A stretch of 64,000 nucleotides of DNA from Selaginella moellendorffii (taxonomy: Eukaryota; Plantae; Lycopodiophyta): the NCBI RefSeq assembly GCF_000143415.4, contig NW_003314437.1:30477-94476 (forward strand), in the 5' to 3' direction. Positions 47,896 to 59,399 of the stretch are shown one piece after another; positions within the stretch are counted from its first letter, which is position 1, and the number at the start of each line of letters is the position of its first letter. Below the pieces are notes generated by a model. The model was not told where the DNA came from. It was given only the letters and a program-made list of their open reading frames with translations, and made no database searches. Made by a program: the position numbers and the translations under genes.

Positions 47896-49402
47896 ATACG
47901 GTGAAATCCATTTCTACTTTCCATGTCCCTACTTCGACTCTCGCTTGTCGAAGTACCTCATCGGTGCTTTGGCTACCTTGAACAAACTCTATAGTCCTTG
48001 GTTTGCCTAGCCGCTGCACCGTTAGTCCGGCTTGCCGGACTATGTCTACAGCCACAAAATTATCCGAAGCACCCGTGTCAATAAGGATCTTAACAAAGCT
48101 ACCTCCAAGATTCCCTCGGAGGGCTAGTAGATGTCGCGAACGACTCTCTACCAAAGTTGCTCGTGTAATGAGTAACTTTGAGTTAGGGACTGGATCACAT
48201 ACCTCAGTTTAGACTTCACCCGACTTGATGGCCATATTGGCTCTGGCCTTCTTCGGATAGGGACATTCCCTTGAAAAGTGTCCCGCTTCACTGCAGTTGT
48301 AGCATACATTGTTTCCCACGCTGCTATACGACTTGACCTTCTTATCCGTGGGTTTGTCTCTTTTCGCTTGGCTCCCCCACGTACTCGCTTGCTGGCCACC
48401 GGATTTGCCTTTCCGGAACCCCGAGGACTCATTCTTAGAGAAACTCTTCTTGAATTTCCCCCTGCTATACGTTCCCCTTGGTTTGGCCCCTTTTCTAAAC
48501 ATGGATCCCAACCCTGTCGCGTTTCCCTTTCGCAGGTTATTGTTGAAATGCACCTTGATAGCCGCATCCAACGCTTCTTTGTAATTGGTCGGGTTCCACC
48601 GCATCACTTCGCCGCGAGCCCAGGTTTGCAAGCCCGATATGAAGGTATAGAATGCATCCATATCCCCCTTGTCCATGACAAGTATCCTCTTTGCCATGAA
48701 CCCATTCACATACTCCTGGATGGTTCCAGTCTGCTTCAGCCTACTCAGCTCATCTCTCAGATGCAGAGTGGCATTCGGAGGAACGTATGTTGCGCGGATC
48801 CTCGCCTTCATCATGTCCCAAGTGGCCACTGGTCCTTCGTTGGCCTCCGTCGTTCTCCACCAAAACTTGGCATTATCTGCCAAGTATGGTTTTGCACATG
48901 GGACCTTCTCCGAGCTCGGTAATCGCAACGCTCAAAAGTACTCCTCCATATCGTAAAACCAATCCTCCACCACCTTATAGTCATTCACTCCCTTGAAGAC
49001 CGGTGGGGGCTTTGGTTTGTACTTGGGAACTGCCTGAGGGACTGATTCTACTTCGGTCTATTCGACCTTGTTTGGTTCTGCCTCAGTCCCTGCCGAAGGG
49101 TCCACACCTTCTGCGCTGCCAGCATCCGCAGTCTTTCTCTTTTTCTTCCACTTCTCGTCACGCTTTAGTTTGCGTACAAGAGTCTCCAGCAGAGCATTGG
49201 TCTGTGCCAACTGTCCTTCTAGCACGTCCAATCGAGCCTTGGACGACCGAACCTCGCCACCGGACTCCTGTTTGGAAGTTTCCTCACTAGAGCCCTCCTC
49301 ATGCAAGGATTCCTCATCCATAGCCTCTTGTTCGACCAAAGGCTCCAGCTCCAGTGGAGGTTCCGTCTCCGCCTGGGTTCGCTTACGCCCCGCCCTTGCC
49401 AT
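47896..49402 (-). pseudogene. Family-2 Ty3/gypsy gag (CCHC zinc knuckle) and aspartic protease, frameshifted and truncated by the family-1 LTR
   Basis: YLADNAKFWW, LKQTGTIQEY, CYNCSEAGHFSREC, ILIDTGASDNF; PBS TGGTATCGGAGC at 49458-49447 on the minus strand. Confidence 0.88.
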
Positions 49403-49461
49403 CTGCCAGCAATCCGCCTCTATCCTTCGCTAGAACTGAGAAAAAGGCTCCGATACCAAAT

Positions 49462-50611
49462 TGTAAGCCACAAATTTTTCCTTTCCAATTTGCCAGCTTA
49501 CCTCGTCTATCCGTCCAACACTACCTTGGCTTATGCTAAGTTCCCTTGCCAAGGTTCTCACCTATGGTACCAGCTCCTACTTGGTTTCAGCTACTCACTG
49601 CACGAGCAACGGAGAGTTAGCCATCCATCCATGGATACCCAAATCACTCCCAATCCCCCTCCCCGGGTTAGACTGGATTTAAGGTTCGACTACACTCCCT
49701 GCAAGCACAAGCAGCCAAGCACACCAAGCTTCCAGGTTCCTAACATCCCTTGGTACCACAAGACTTGATCATGGGACCCTCTAAATCCCTAGTCTTGAGT
49801 GCAACACTTGCTTCGGGACGCCGGGGCGAAACACCGTGGCCTAGCGGCCCGGTATGGGTACCTCTACCCCCCCACTTCCATCCCGAAGCAAGGCCCAAGC
49901 CCCTAGGAAGGGCGAGGACCAATGAGCCGCATAGTACTCAAGTGGGGCACCACTCCACATGAGCCGGGAGCACCGCAATCGGTTTCCCTTTCGGGAGTGG
50001 GAGCTGCTCTTGAGCACTTCCTTGGATGGCCCCTCCGGCACCAACCAAGTCCATACTCACTCCCACCCAATACCCCTCGGTCCCAATCTCAACCTCAAGT
50101 CGGTTTGGAAGCCCCACTGCAGAGTCCCTTCAAAATTGGTTCCTGGACCTCACTATCCCTACTATACTTTTGGAACCCCCTGCAGCCCCCCCCCCCCCTG
50201 GGAGACGCACACTTTGGGCTTTCACCCCTTGACCCGTATTAGTATTTGGACTTAGTCTTTGGCTCGATCTCGAACTCGATTTCAGATCCGACTTTGGATT
50301 CGGTCTCGGAATCGATCTCGGACTCGATCTCGGACCCGATCTCGGACCCGACCTCGGACTCGACCTCGGACTCGGTCTCGGACCCGATTTCGGATCTTAG
50401 ACTCTGTCTTGAACTCGGTCTCAAACTCGGTCTTGAACTCGGTCCCCGAGTCGGCCTCGGACTCGATTCCGGACTCTATCTTGAACTCGGTCTCCGAGTC
50501 GGTCTTGGACTCAATCTTCGACTTGGTCCCATCCGATGAACTCTTTGTCATTTTGGTCATGCATTCGGGGTTCCTTTAGCCTACGACACCTCGACGAGTT
50601 GGTTCCTTACA
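49462..50611 (-). mobile_element. Family-2 5' LTR (1,150 bp)
   Basis: Minus-strand termini TGTAAGGAACCAA...GTGGCTTACA, next to the tRNA-iMet-type PBS; contains CGAGTC-type hexamer arrays. Confidence 0.85.
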
Positions 50612-51928
50612 GATTTACCGTTCGATGAGGACATCGAACTTCGTCTATGGGTGGTGGAGTTGTGAGACACAAATTCCCTAGGCCCCAATGTGGAGCCGGA
50701 AGGGTGCCACATGGTAGTGGCCGAAGCGAAAGCCAAACGAGCGTAACACGTTTGGACTAAAAGCTCCGACTTGGAAGGTCGAGAGCGGGAGTGGAACTCC
50801 CAACAAGGTGCTCAAGGAGCGAGCACGAGGCAACCAATAAGCAAGGCTCCAAAAAGGGACCCAAAAAGGACCAACACATGATACATGGAAGTGTCCGAGA
50901 TGGAGTCCGAGATGGAGTCCGAGCTGGACCAAGACGGAGTCTGAGGTGGACCAAGACGGAGTCCGAGATGGAGTCCGAGATGGACTGAGATAGAGTCCGA
51001 GATGGACCGAGACAGAGTCCGAGATGGAGTCCGAGACGGAGTCCGAGATGGAGTCCGAGATGGACCCGAGATGGAATCCGAGATGGAGTCCGAGAAGGAC
51101 CCGAGATGGAGTCCGAGGTCGAGACCGAGACCGGGACTGAGACCGGGACCGAGACCGAGACCGAGACCGAGACTAGGACCGAGACCGAGACCAAGGCCGA
51201 GACCGAGGCCGAGGCCGAGCCCGAGCCCGAGCCCGAGTCCGAGTCCGAGTCCGATTTCGAGTCTGAGAGGGTGAAAGCCCAAAGGCGAAAGGCAGGGAGA
51301 GTACCCACGAGGCCCACGTAGGGCCACGGTGTTCCGAAATGTCATCCCAAAGTCCCAGACTGTGGAAAGGAAGAGGAGTAGTCCTCTGGTGTGGTGACCA
51401 AAGACACGGTCACACAGGGAGGAAGTCCTAGAGGACAGTGGGACTTAGTGGTCGGGCACGTGGGCCTTGATCTAGTGGTAGTGTTGGTGAGCACGGCCAA
51501 GGACGAAAAGGGACTTGGTGGGGACTGGAACGGAGATTTTGGGGAAGGCTAATCCCCATGTCTGTGGGCATCCTAAGGATGCTAAGGAGTGGATCTGGGA
51601 TGATCACTCGTGCATGGATGGCTCAGTCTTTGAGTGACGGGACTGGGATGCAGGTGGTGTCAGACTATCGTTGTGACCAAGGTGAATGGGCATGGCCTTA
51701 GCGTAACAGGCTGATATGTCAATGGTACCTTGGGGTGTTGATCATGGGATCGGACACATGGAGCACTTGGACCAAGTGCATTGGTTGAGTGGCATGGATG
51801 CCATTCTTGGGGGCTAGCAAGTCCCTAAGTCCAAAATAGGACCTATGGAGGTTGTGAATGAGACTCCTCCAAGTGGTTGGAGGTGTGGTTAAGTGACTAA
51901 AGTAGAATGGAAAATTTAGTCGCTTACA

Positions 51929-53849
51929 CTCTCCTCATGTGGCTTCTTCCACTCAAATGGCACATTCTTATGCAACAACCATATCAAAGGAATAGCTACC
52001 TACAAACTTATAATGGAAACATTGATAATAACTAGCCATACCAAGAAAACTGTATAACTTGGCCACTGAAGTCGGTGTATGCCAATTCTCCACCACAGCC
52101 ACCTTTCTTGGATCCGTCTTGGCACCCTTAGATGTCATAATATGGCCTAGGTATTCCACTTCTGACTTTGCAAACTCATATTTGCTCCTCTTAGCATAAA
52201 GTTTGTTGTCACATAGTAACAAAGGAACCTTACACAAATGGACTCTATGCTCCTCCATATTCTTGCTAAAAAATAGAATATCATCCAAGAAAATCTTCAC
52301 AAACTCATGAAGAGAATGCCCAAATACCTTCGTCATTAACCGAGTAAATATGGCTGGTGCATTCATCAAACCAAATAGCATAATTGTAAACTCAAAATGC
52401 TTGAATGTGTTAAATGTTGCCTTGGAGATAGATGCATCATCTATTGCAATCTGATGATATCCACTCCTCATATCAATCTTGATAAATACTCATGCTTCAC
52501 CAAGTTTATCTAAGATATCATCCACACAAAGTATTGGCAATTTATCCTACACTGTCTTCTTGTTCAAGGCATGGTAGTCAATATACATGTGCATTGAACC
52601 ATCCTTCTTCACAACCAATACTAGAGCACCAAACAGAAAGTTACTTGACTGAATAAATCCAAACTCAAATAACGCCCTAAGTAACTCCAACCGAAGTGGA
52701 CGCCAGTAAATTGGCCACGTCCCCAACTCCAACGTAATCCCATGCTCCACATCTCATAATGGAGGCAACCCATGAGGAAGTTTAGATGGAAAAACATTGA
52801 AAAACTTGTCAATTACATCCTTTACTACTGCTTCTCCCTCACACGTGCCTTAGTCCCCTAAGTCACAAACAAACAGCAAGTAACTCAAAAGTGTTTTTCC
52901 ATTATGACAAGCCTGCTTTAAAGATATAGCGAAGAGGATAACAACTAGAGGTTGAACTCCCTTTCCAAACCACACATCTTTAATGCCACCATACTCTAGC
53001 GAGACATGCTTAATACTCCACTTTATCTCTAGATCCACCTTCACCAACCATAGCATCCCAAGAATGAGATCCAGATGATCGATATCTATAAGATAAAAAG
53101 TTTCCATAAGTGTGGTTTTGCCAACCAACACTTCCAACCCTTCTACACAAGCATCAAAATGCTAAGCAAAATGACAAAAGTGTTGCCGCATGCTCTCACT
53201 ATGAAGGCCATCAATGAAATAGGACTTGTTCTAATCTAGATCCTTCATTAGAACACGGATAATCAAATAAGTAAGCTTCTCAATATAGTCTCCGAGCATC
53301 ATTTTTTCTTGCTAAAAATGTCAAAGTTCTATGCAAGCATTCTCCACATTGTAGTAAAGGGCAAAATGTAAATGAAAAGCATCCTCAAACTCATCCATGG
53401 TAAACATTGGTGGTTTTTTATTCGCAACATGAGACTCCTCAAGCCAATTCCACCACAGAAGACCCACATCACACAAAACCATTGGAATAGCCACAAAAGC
53501 CTTTGCATCTAGAGTTCCTCTAACAGCCAAGAACTTCTTCATATTGGCTAGCCAAGCTAGACACTCATTCACACCACCATCACTAGAAAAGATTGGAATC
53601 TTGAGTTGATCTTGGAGTGCCACCATGTCCAGCCTCAAGTGCCTCAACACGCTCACATATGGTATCCATCATTTCATGCATCTCATCTTGCATTTGTTGC
53701 TAATTTTGATTAACTCACAACTCATTAACAACATCTTGAATGGTCCAAACCTTTGCAGCTCCATCAGTGCTATCATCAGTACCACCAGTGACAATAGGAT
53801 TCCAGCATTCAGCTTGGTCAGCCATTGCAATTAACTCCTTTATTACCAA
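51929..53849 (-). pseudogene. Degenerate gag-protease-reverse transcriptase of the family-3 element
   Basis: RSGYHQI...FGLMNAPAIF...FLDDILFFS; IDYHALNKKTV; DLILGMLWL. Confidence 0.9.
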
Positions 53850-55786
53850 TGTTATAATCCAACACAAAGAAACAAAGATTTAGTCCCCATAAACTATGCT
53901 ATGCCTCCTTTTGAGGTTCCTTACCACCCAACCACTCCTGAGCTACCTCAAAAACTCTATTGTGCCACCACTCCACTGTGAGCTCTAGGGTAGGTTAAAT
54001 TCCTTACCCTAACATGCCTTAATATACCCTTGAGTTTCCCTTTGACCAATGTTGACCATGTGGTCAAAGCTGGTGCCTAAAATAATAGAGGCAGAGTTTT
54101 TTGTTTTCTCATTTGAAAAGAAAGGTACTCCATAATCATTCATTTAGTCAATTAGAAAGATATCAACTGGTTCCATGATTGGAGTGATCATTTGATACCA
54201 GGAAAAGACTCCAAGAAACCATGAGGACTTTAGACTCTATGAGGTGTTTTGATTGCACAAAAACTGGTTTCCCAAGTTTGGCACGTTCAAATGATAGATT
54301 AAAGGGGATGAAGCTGCATAAGTCATTTACACAATTAAACTCACTTGAATGAGTGAGTATTAAGGTTTCAAGGCTAAATGATGTGCTCTTATAAATCTCA
54401 ATTGTCATTTCTTGGAGATCGTCGTGTCAGAACGAGGGTATCACAATTTCTAATGTAGACATGTGATCAAAAGTTATTCTATTTTTCCCAGTGGAGCTGG
54501 GATCCCAGCTATGTGCTAATACATTTTCTTGCCAGATGGACAATTCACGTTGGAGAAATTTTGAATGGAAAGAAATTGAATTCTGACTGCATTCCTTATA
54601 AGGCTCCTCTTTCTTGATGTTTAACAAATCTTTAACAACAGGAAGTTTGGTGGACAGCACTCTGCTTCCTTCTGTGTGACTTGTTTATTTTTATTTTTAT
54701 TTGTTTCGTTTTGTTTTTCACTCTAGGCATCCAGTAAAATTTGAATTTCTAGGCAACTGCTATTGAACAAATATTGATGGGCTCGCTTCTTCTTCATTTT
54801 TTAGCGGTGGCCATAAATATGTCCATGGTTAAGACAAAAGAAGTACAATGAAGCATCTAAGAAGAAAAGAAATCAAAGAACAAGGAAGACGAGGTTTGAG
54901 TTAACTTTGTGCTTTGGAGAGCTTGAAGCTTCTTACTTTGAGAATGGACTGGATTGGCTCCTCTCACTGAGAAGTACGGAGGAGGTGGATCCTTGTGCGG
55001 GCTAGGAAAATTCTAAGTTATCATGGTGACAGTTTTTGGCTAGCACATACCGATTCTTGTGTCAAAGAGCTATCACCCCAGCATTGCAAGAAGAAAAGTG
55101 GATTATCACCTCATGTTCGCAGCATATACTGCTCAGCAAAAGAAGAATGGAAACCTACTTAGAACGTTCTGGCTAATGGTCCTGGGCACAGTGTAGCGGT
55201 TTAAGATGGGCGTAAGCCTAGGTGAGGCTTACTGGAGTCCACACCAGGTCAAAGCCCTCACCGTGCTCAGATCTCGATCGCCCTTCCTCGTCGCACCATT
55301 CCCAAGCCAATCCTCTCCCAGCCCTAGCTCCCACCACCCCTTTTCTTGCCCCTGCCGCTGCATCCCAAGAAGTCCCATCGCCCGATCCTCTAACAAACCC
55401 ATTCTTCCTGCCACGTCGGATTCACTTGTGTCCATGTCATCGTCCACATGTGCCGCCTCGCTTTGTTCTACGGGCTCATTGTTGACCACTACAGCACGGT
55501 CTGTATTGAATTAGTGGTTCGCACATCTTTATTGTGCGTTCCAGATTTGTTTTGACGGCTAAGATCATAAACAAACTCCTCCGTTCATACGATTCGATTT
55601 GCGGTTTCTGGTCGCGTGGCAACTCATCAATCTCTCAAGGCAAAAGAAGTAAATGTAACAGCGTACATAATTTTTACTGAAAAATGAAAGTCAAGTTGAA
55701 AATGTATTGACCGGTGATTAGAGGAGCTCGAGGGAGACGCATCCGCTTGTATATGCCCTAATGCTAGGTTAACCTTCAATTTAGCA

Positions 55787-58253
55787 ATGTCAATACTTCC
55801 TGTCGGGCTTTTGCTGTTATGGCATTCAGCCATTTTTGGTTCAGGAAAACAGTTCACTGCTAACTCGCTTGCCGCAGCTCGAATCACTGACGCTGTTTTG
55901 TTTCTTAATGAACTCGACCCAAGTGTTCTGGATGAAGAATGCCGAGGGCAGCTCCAAACAATACAGGTTTGATACAAAGACAATCCAAACATCTTTTGCT
56001 TTCAGCTTGGCCTTCTTAGGTCAACCGAAGCCTTGCAAGCAGGGGAGAACAACGATGCAATCGGAGAGATAGGTGTGGCAGAAGCAAGCCTGGACACATG
56101 CCTTTTGACTATGAGAAAATTGAAATCTCCTGAAGCACGCAGGGCTCGCTCTAGCCTTCGAAAAGTTGGTCTAAGCGTCTCGACTGCTGATCAATTGATA
56201 CAGATATCCAATCAAATTCACACTTTGAGACACCCTCCTGAAGCATCCCGGGTGCCTTTAAACACCCGACCGAAATTTGCAATAAGCCAAGATCCCCCAC
56301 ATCCAAGTATGTCAAAAATTCCTACAGCGGATATTTTTAAAATACCACCAAAATCTGGATCTCCTCAAACTAATGAAAAGGTGGTTTCAACTATGCCGGT
56401 CTCAACAACGCCTTTCAAAACGGACGTGGTAGAACAACACACTCCAAGCTTGTATTCGTCATCTAATAGCCCGAAGTTCACAACAGCAGACGATACAGAT
56501 CCACCACCAACAGACTCAAGCCACATGAAGACAAGTTTGCAAAATGGCCACCAGTTTTCTACTTCAGGTGATTACATCTCTAACAACTGACACTAAAATA
56601 CACTTTCAATGATGTCAGACTCGGTCTTTCGGCCCAATACTACTGTTCCAAATTCAACCATATATCTTTCTGGACTAACTCCAACGGCTGCTTTCCGACA
56701 GTCAGGGGAACCTTTGTCGTCAATTCTAGTTGACTTCTGCTCAAACCATGTAGACAGGAAAGGAAACAACGTTATCATGCATTTGGACAAAGCTTGTGGT
56801 ATGTGGCTAATTTCACCTGATTTGGCCTCGCTGAGGACTTTAAAATGCAGGAGCAAAGTTTCATTCTGCAGATATGTTTACTTCAGGGGTGTTCTCTGCC
56901 TGGATACGAACTGCAGTAAAATCAGTTGGTGTTAGCAGCAGTTTTTATGTATATTGTGACTGGTGATTTATAGCGCTTATACTAATGCCTGAATACATGC
57001 AGATAACCTCTAATGACCACACACCAGATACAATTAGCTTCGAATTTTATGGAAATCAACCAAAAAGGCTAACAACAAGCTATACGGTGCAAGGAATATC
57101 CGATAACAACAAACAGACTTTTGCAGTTTCTTTTGATACATCTCTTAAATTTCACAAGTACACCATCAAATGGGATACCGAAGGCATAATGTAAGGTATC
57201 TTCTTGTGTTTCTGTGAGTCATATTAAATATTAATGGCAGGTGGCTCGTCGATGACTTGCTATTTCGAGCAATTGCAAAGACAAGCGGCAAGCCTTATCC
57301 TGAAAAGCCAGGAGGTCTATACGGGCTGATTTGGGACGCCTCCCATGCTGGTTTAGCTGGCACAATCGATTGGCAGAACAGTCCTTTCACCATCTACTAC
57401 ACCGATATTCTTGTTTCGTCGCCTCTGGTTTCTGGAACATGGAGGTTACCACCTCAAACGACAATACCATCTGAATCTATCCCTGCACCAATGCGTCCCC
57501 TCGTCATTGATTATTGTGGATCTAATGTGGAGGTCACTGACACTGATATTGAAATAAAACTCGACGTCCAGCCAAAATGCGGTTCGTGAAATTTTTGTTA
57601 GTTATCTTCTAAAATTTCTTCATGTTACTAGGTGGTAGAATTCGATCTGTTTCTAGGTATCTTGAAGGAGCATTCACTGTCCGAGTAAAATGCTCTGTAG
57701 GTGACACGAGTGGTCTCGTCTCAAGCTTTTACGTATGTTTTATACAGTTTTAGTTGCTTCTATGTTTAAAATTTTTAGTATTTTGGCAGTTATCATCTCT
57801 TGAAGGAAATGACGACGCTGACGAGATTATCTTTGAATGGCTGGGCTTTAACAAGCATGTTGTTCAAACCAATTTTCGTGTGAACGGTCGTGCTGCTAAC
57901 GACGAGGTCATTGATTTGAACTTTGATTGTTCACTGGGCTTCCACAAATACACAATTAGATACAGCAAACAACACATCCAGTTAAGGTTCTTTGTTTAAG
58001 CTGATACTTTGGTTAATCGTTCTCTATTCTTTTTGGCAGATGGGTTGTTGATGAACGTCTTTTGAGGACTGTAACCTTTTCACAGCAGTCATTGCTTGCA
58101 GGGACACCTTATCCTGTGAAACCCATGTATGTCTATTCGTCAGTGTGGAACGGCTCAGATGTGAACAATGGAAAGTGGGCTGGAACGTGGCATGGCACTG
58201 GTTTGCCTTATACAGTTCTATTCAGCGATATAACTATAACATCCTCAGAATGA
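55787..58253 (+). CDS. Secreted tandem GH16 endoglucanase (two EG16-type modules after a signal peptide and a Ser/Thr/Pro-rich region); multi-exon
   Basis: Hydrophobic N-terminus. Module 1: DTISFEFYG...FDTSLKFHKYTIKWD...YPEKPGGLYGLIWDAS. Module 2: GDTSGL...LSSLEGNDDADEIIFEWLG..VQTN...FDCSLGFHKYTI...YPVKPMYVYSSVW. Several ~50-bp GT-AG introns; not all exon borders were fixed. Confidence 0.8.
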
Positions 58254-58646
58254 TTGGAAATCTGTGCCAAAATAAGCATACCATCCAAGGCAGAATGCAA
58301 TGAGAAACTATCTTTTTGCATTTCATTGCATCTTATTTCTCCTCTCCTCCTCAATTGCCTTGAAATCACACCATTTCTGTAATAGCGAGCTTCTATATTA
58401 CATTACAAGCCTCAGCACTTTTCTTGGTATAACCTTCTTCCCGTTTTCTTTTTCTTATTGAACGTGAAGGCACCCGTTTTTCCCTGGTGTCCTTTCATCA
58501 AAACACTTTTATCACTGCTATGACGAGTTTTAGCTTTCCATTTGTACGTTTTTTCTGCTAAAACTCTTGATGAGTTTGAAGATAACAGACCTTTAAATTG
58601 ATTTTTCTCATTCTAGAATTGGACACACTTTTTCTAAGGGTTTCTA

Positions 58647-59079
58647 TTATCCCGATTTCTTTAAGTATGCTATTAAATCGGCCCTGTCTTGAGGTTTCTT
58701 TAATCCAGGAAAAACCATCTTGTTCCCTGGCATAAACTGCAATATTTTAAATTTAGAACCTTTATAATTGTCAAACAGCTTTTCTGACCTTCTTGGGATT
58801 CAAAAGATAGTCATATAACGTATCATCCTTCCAGGTAACCTTAGCATTCCTGTTTGCCTGAGAGAAAGAAAAACCAGGAGCTGTCCCAGAAACTCGTCCA
58901 ACAACTCCGTTGAGATTTGGGCCTACAAATTACGCAAAGTTAATTGCAGTAGTTTTCAGATGGGTACCTTGTTTGTGGCCACCCCCCTTCTCAATCGTGT
59001 GACAAGCAGAACATTTGGTCTTAAACAGCTTTTCTCCACTCGCTGCATTCCCGGCTGGGGCATCCTTAAAAGTTGCCAT
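58647..59079 (-). CDS. CYTC: Mitochondrial cytochrome c (3 exons: 59079-58968, 58922-58789, 58736-58647)
   Basis: Spliced product [43 protein letters not shown]...[36 protein letters not shown]; CxxCH and the axial Met are present. Missed by the ORF track. Confidence 0.97.
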
Positions 59080-59399
59080 AACCTAAACCTAGTAAATACC
59101 TCCACGTGTACCCTCTTTATCCTCCAGCAGAGCGAGATCCGCAATGAGCTGATTTTACACCGATTCCCAAGCAGCAGTGTGACCTACAAACCAAACATGG
59201 TAATAAGAGAGGTAAAGTTTAGCACTTACATAATTTACAACCCTAAAAAGTTCTCAGCAGCAACTATCAACGACCCCACATACCTGTAGACAAGCTTAGT
59301 AGAATAGAGAAACAAGAAACACTACACTTTGGACTGTTAAGAATCATGCAGATGGCGAACAACATGAAAAGTTGGAAGAGGCACTAGAGAGTTTGTTTA

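Larger units (their letters stand above)
18765..51928 (+). mobile_element. Family-1 LTR element (5' LTR 18765-19936 truncated; 3' LTR 50661-51928) hosting further nested insertions
   Basis: Both LTRs share diagnostic variants (AAATTCCCTAGGCCCCAATGTGG). TSD CTCTT/CTCTC (one mismatch). PPT-like ATGGGTGGTGGAGT precedes 50661. Confidence 0.8.
17391..54082 (-). mobile_element. Family-3 Ty3/gypsy element split by a 33-kb nested insertion (3' LTR 17391-17616, pol 3' part 17617-18764, gag-pro-RT 51929-53849, 5' LTR 53850-54082)
   Basis: Paired ~230-bp LTRs, PPT next to 17617, TAATA on both flanks (17386-17390 and 54083-54087). Sequence on the two sides of 18765-51928 joins up and matches the uninterrupted paralogue at ~63730-63860. 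Confidence 0.8.

Noticed and set aside
54163-55514. Possible additional host gene between the family-3 LTR and the EG16 gene
   Set aside because: Only short ORFs with no recognisable domain and no consistent splice model.
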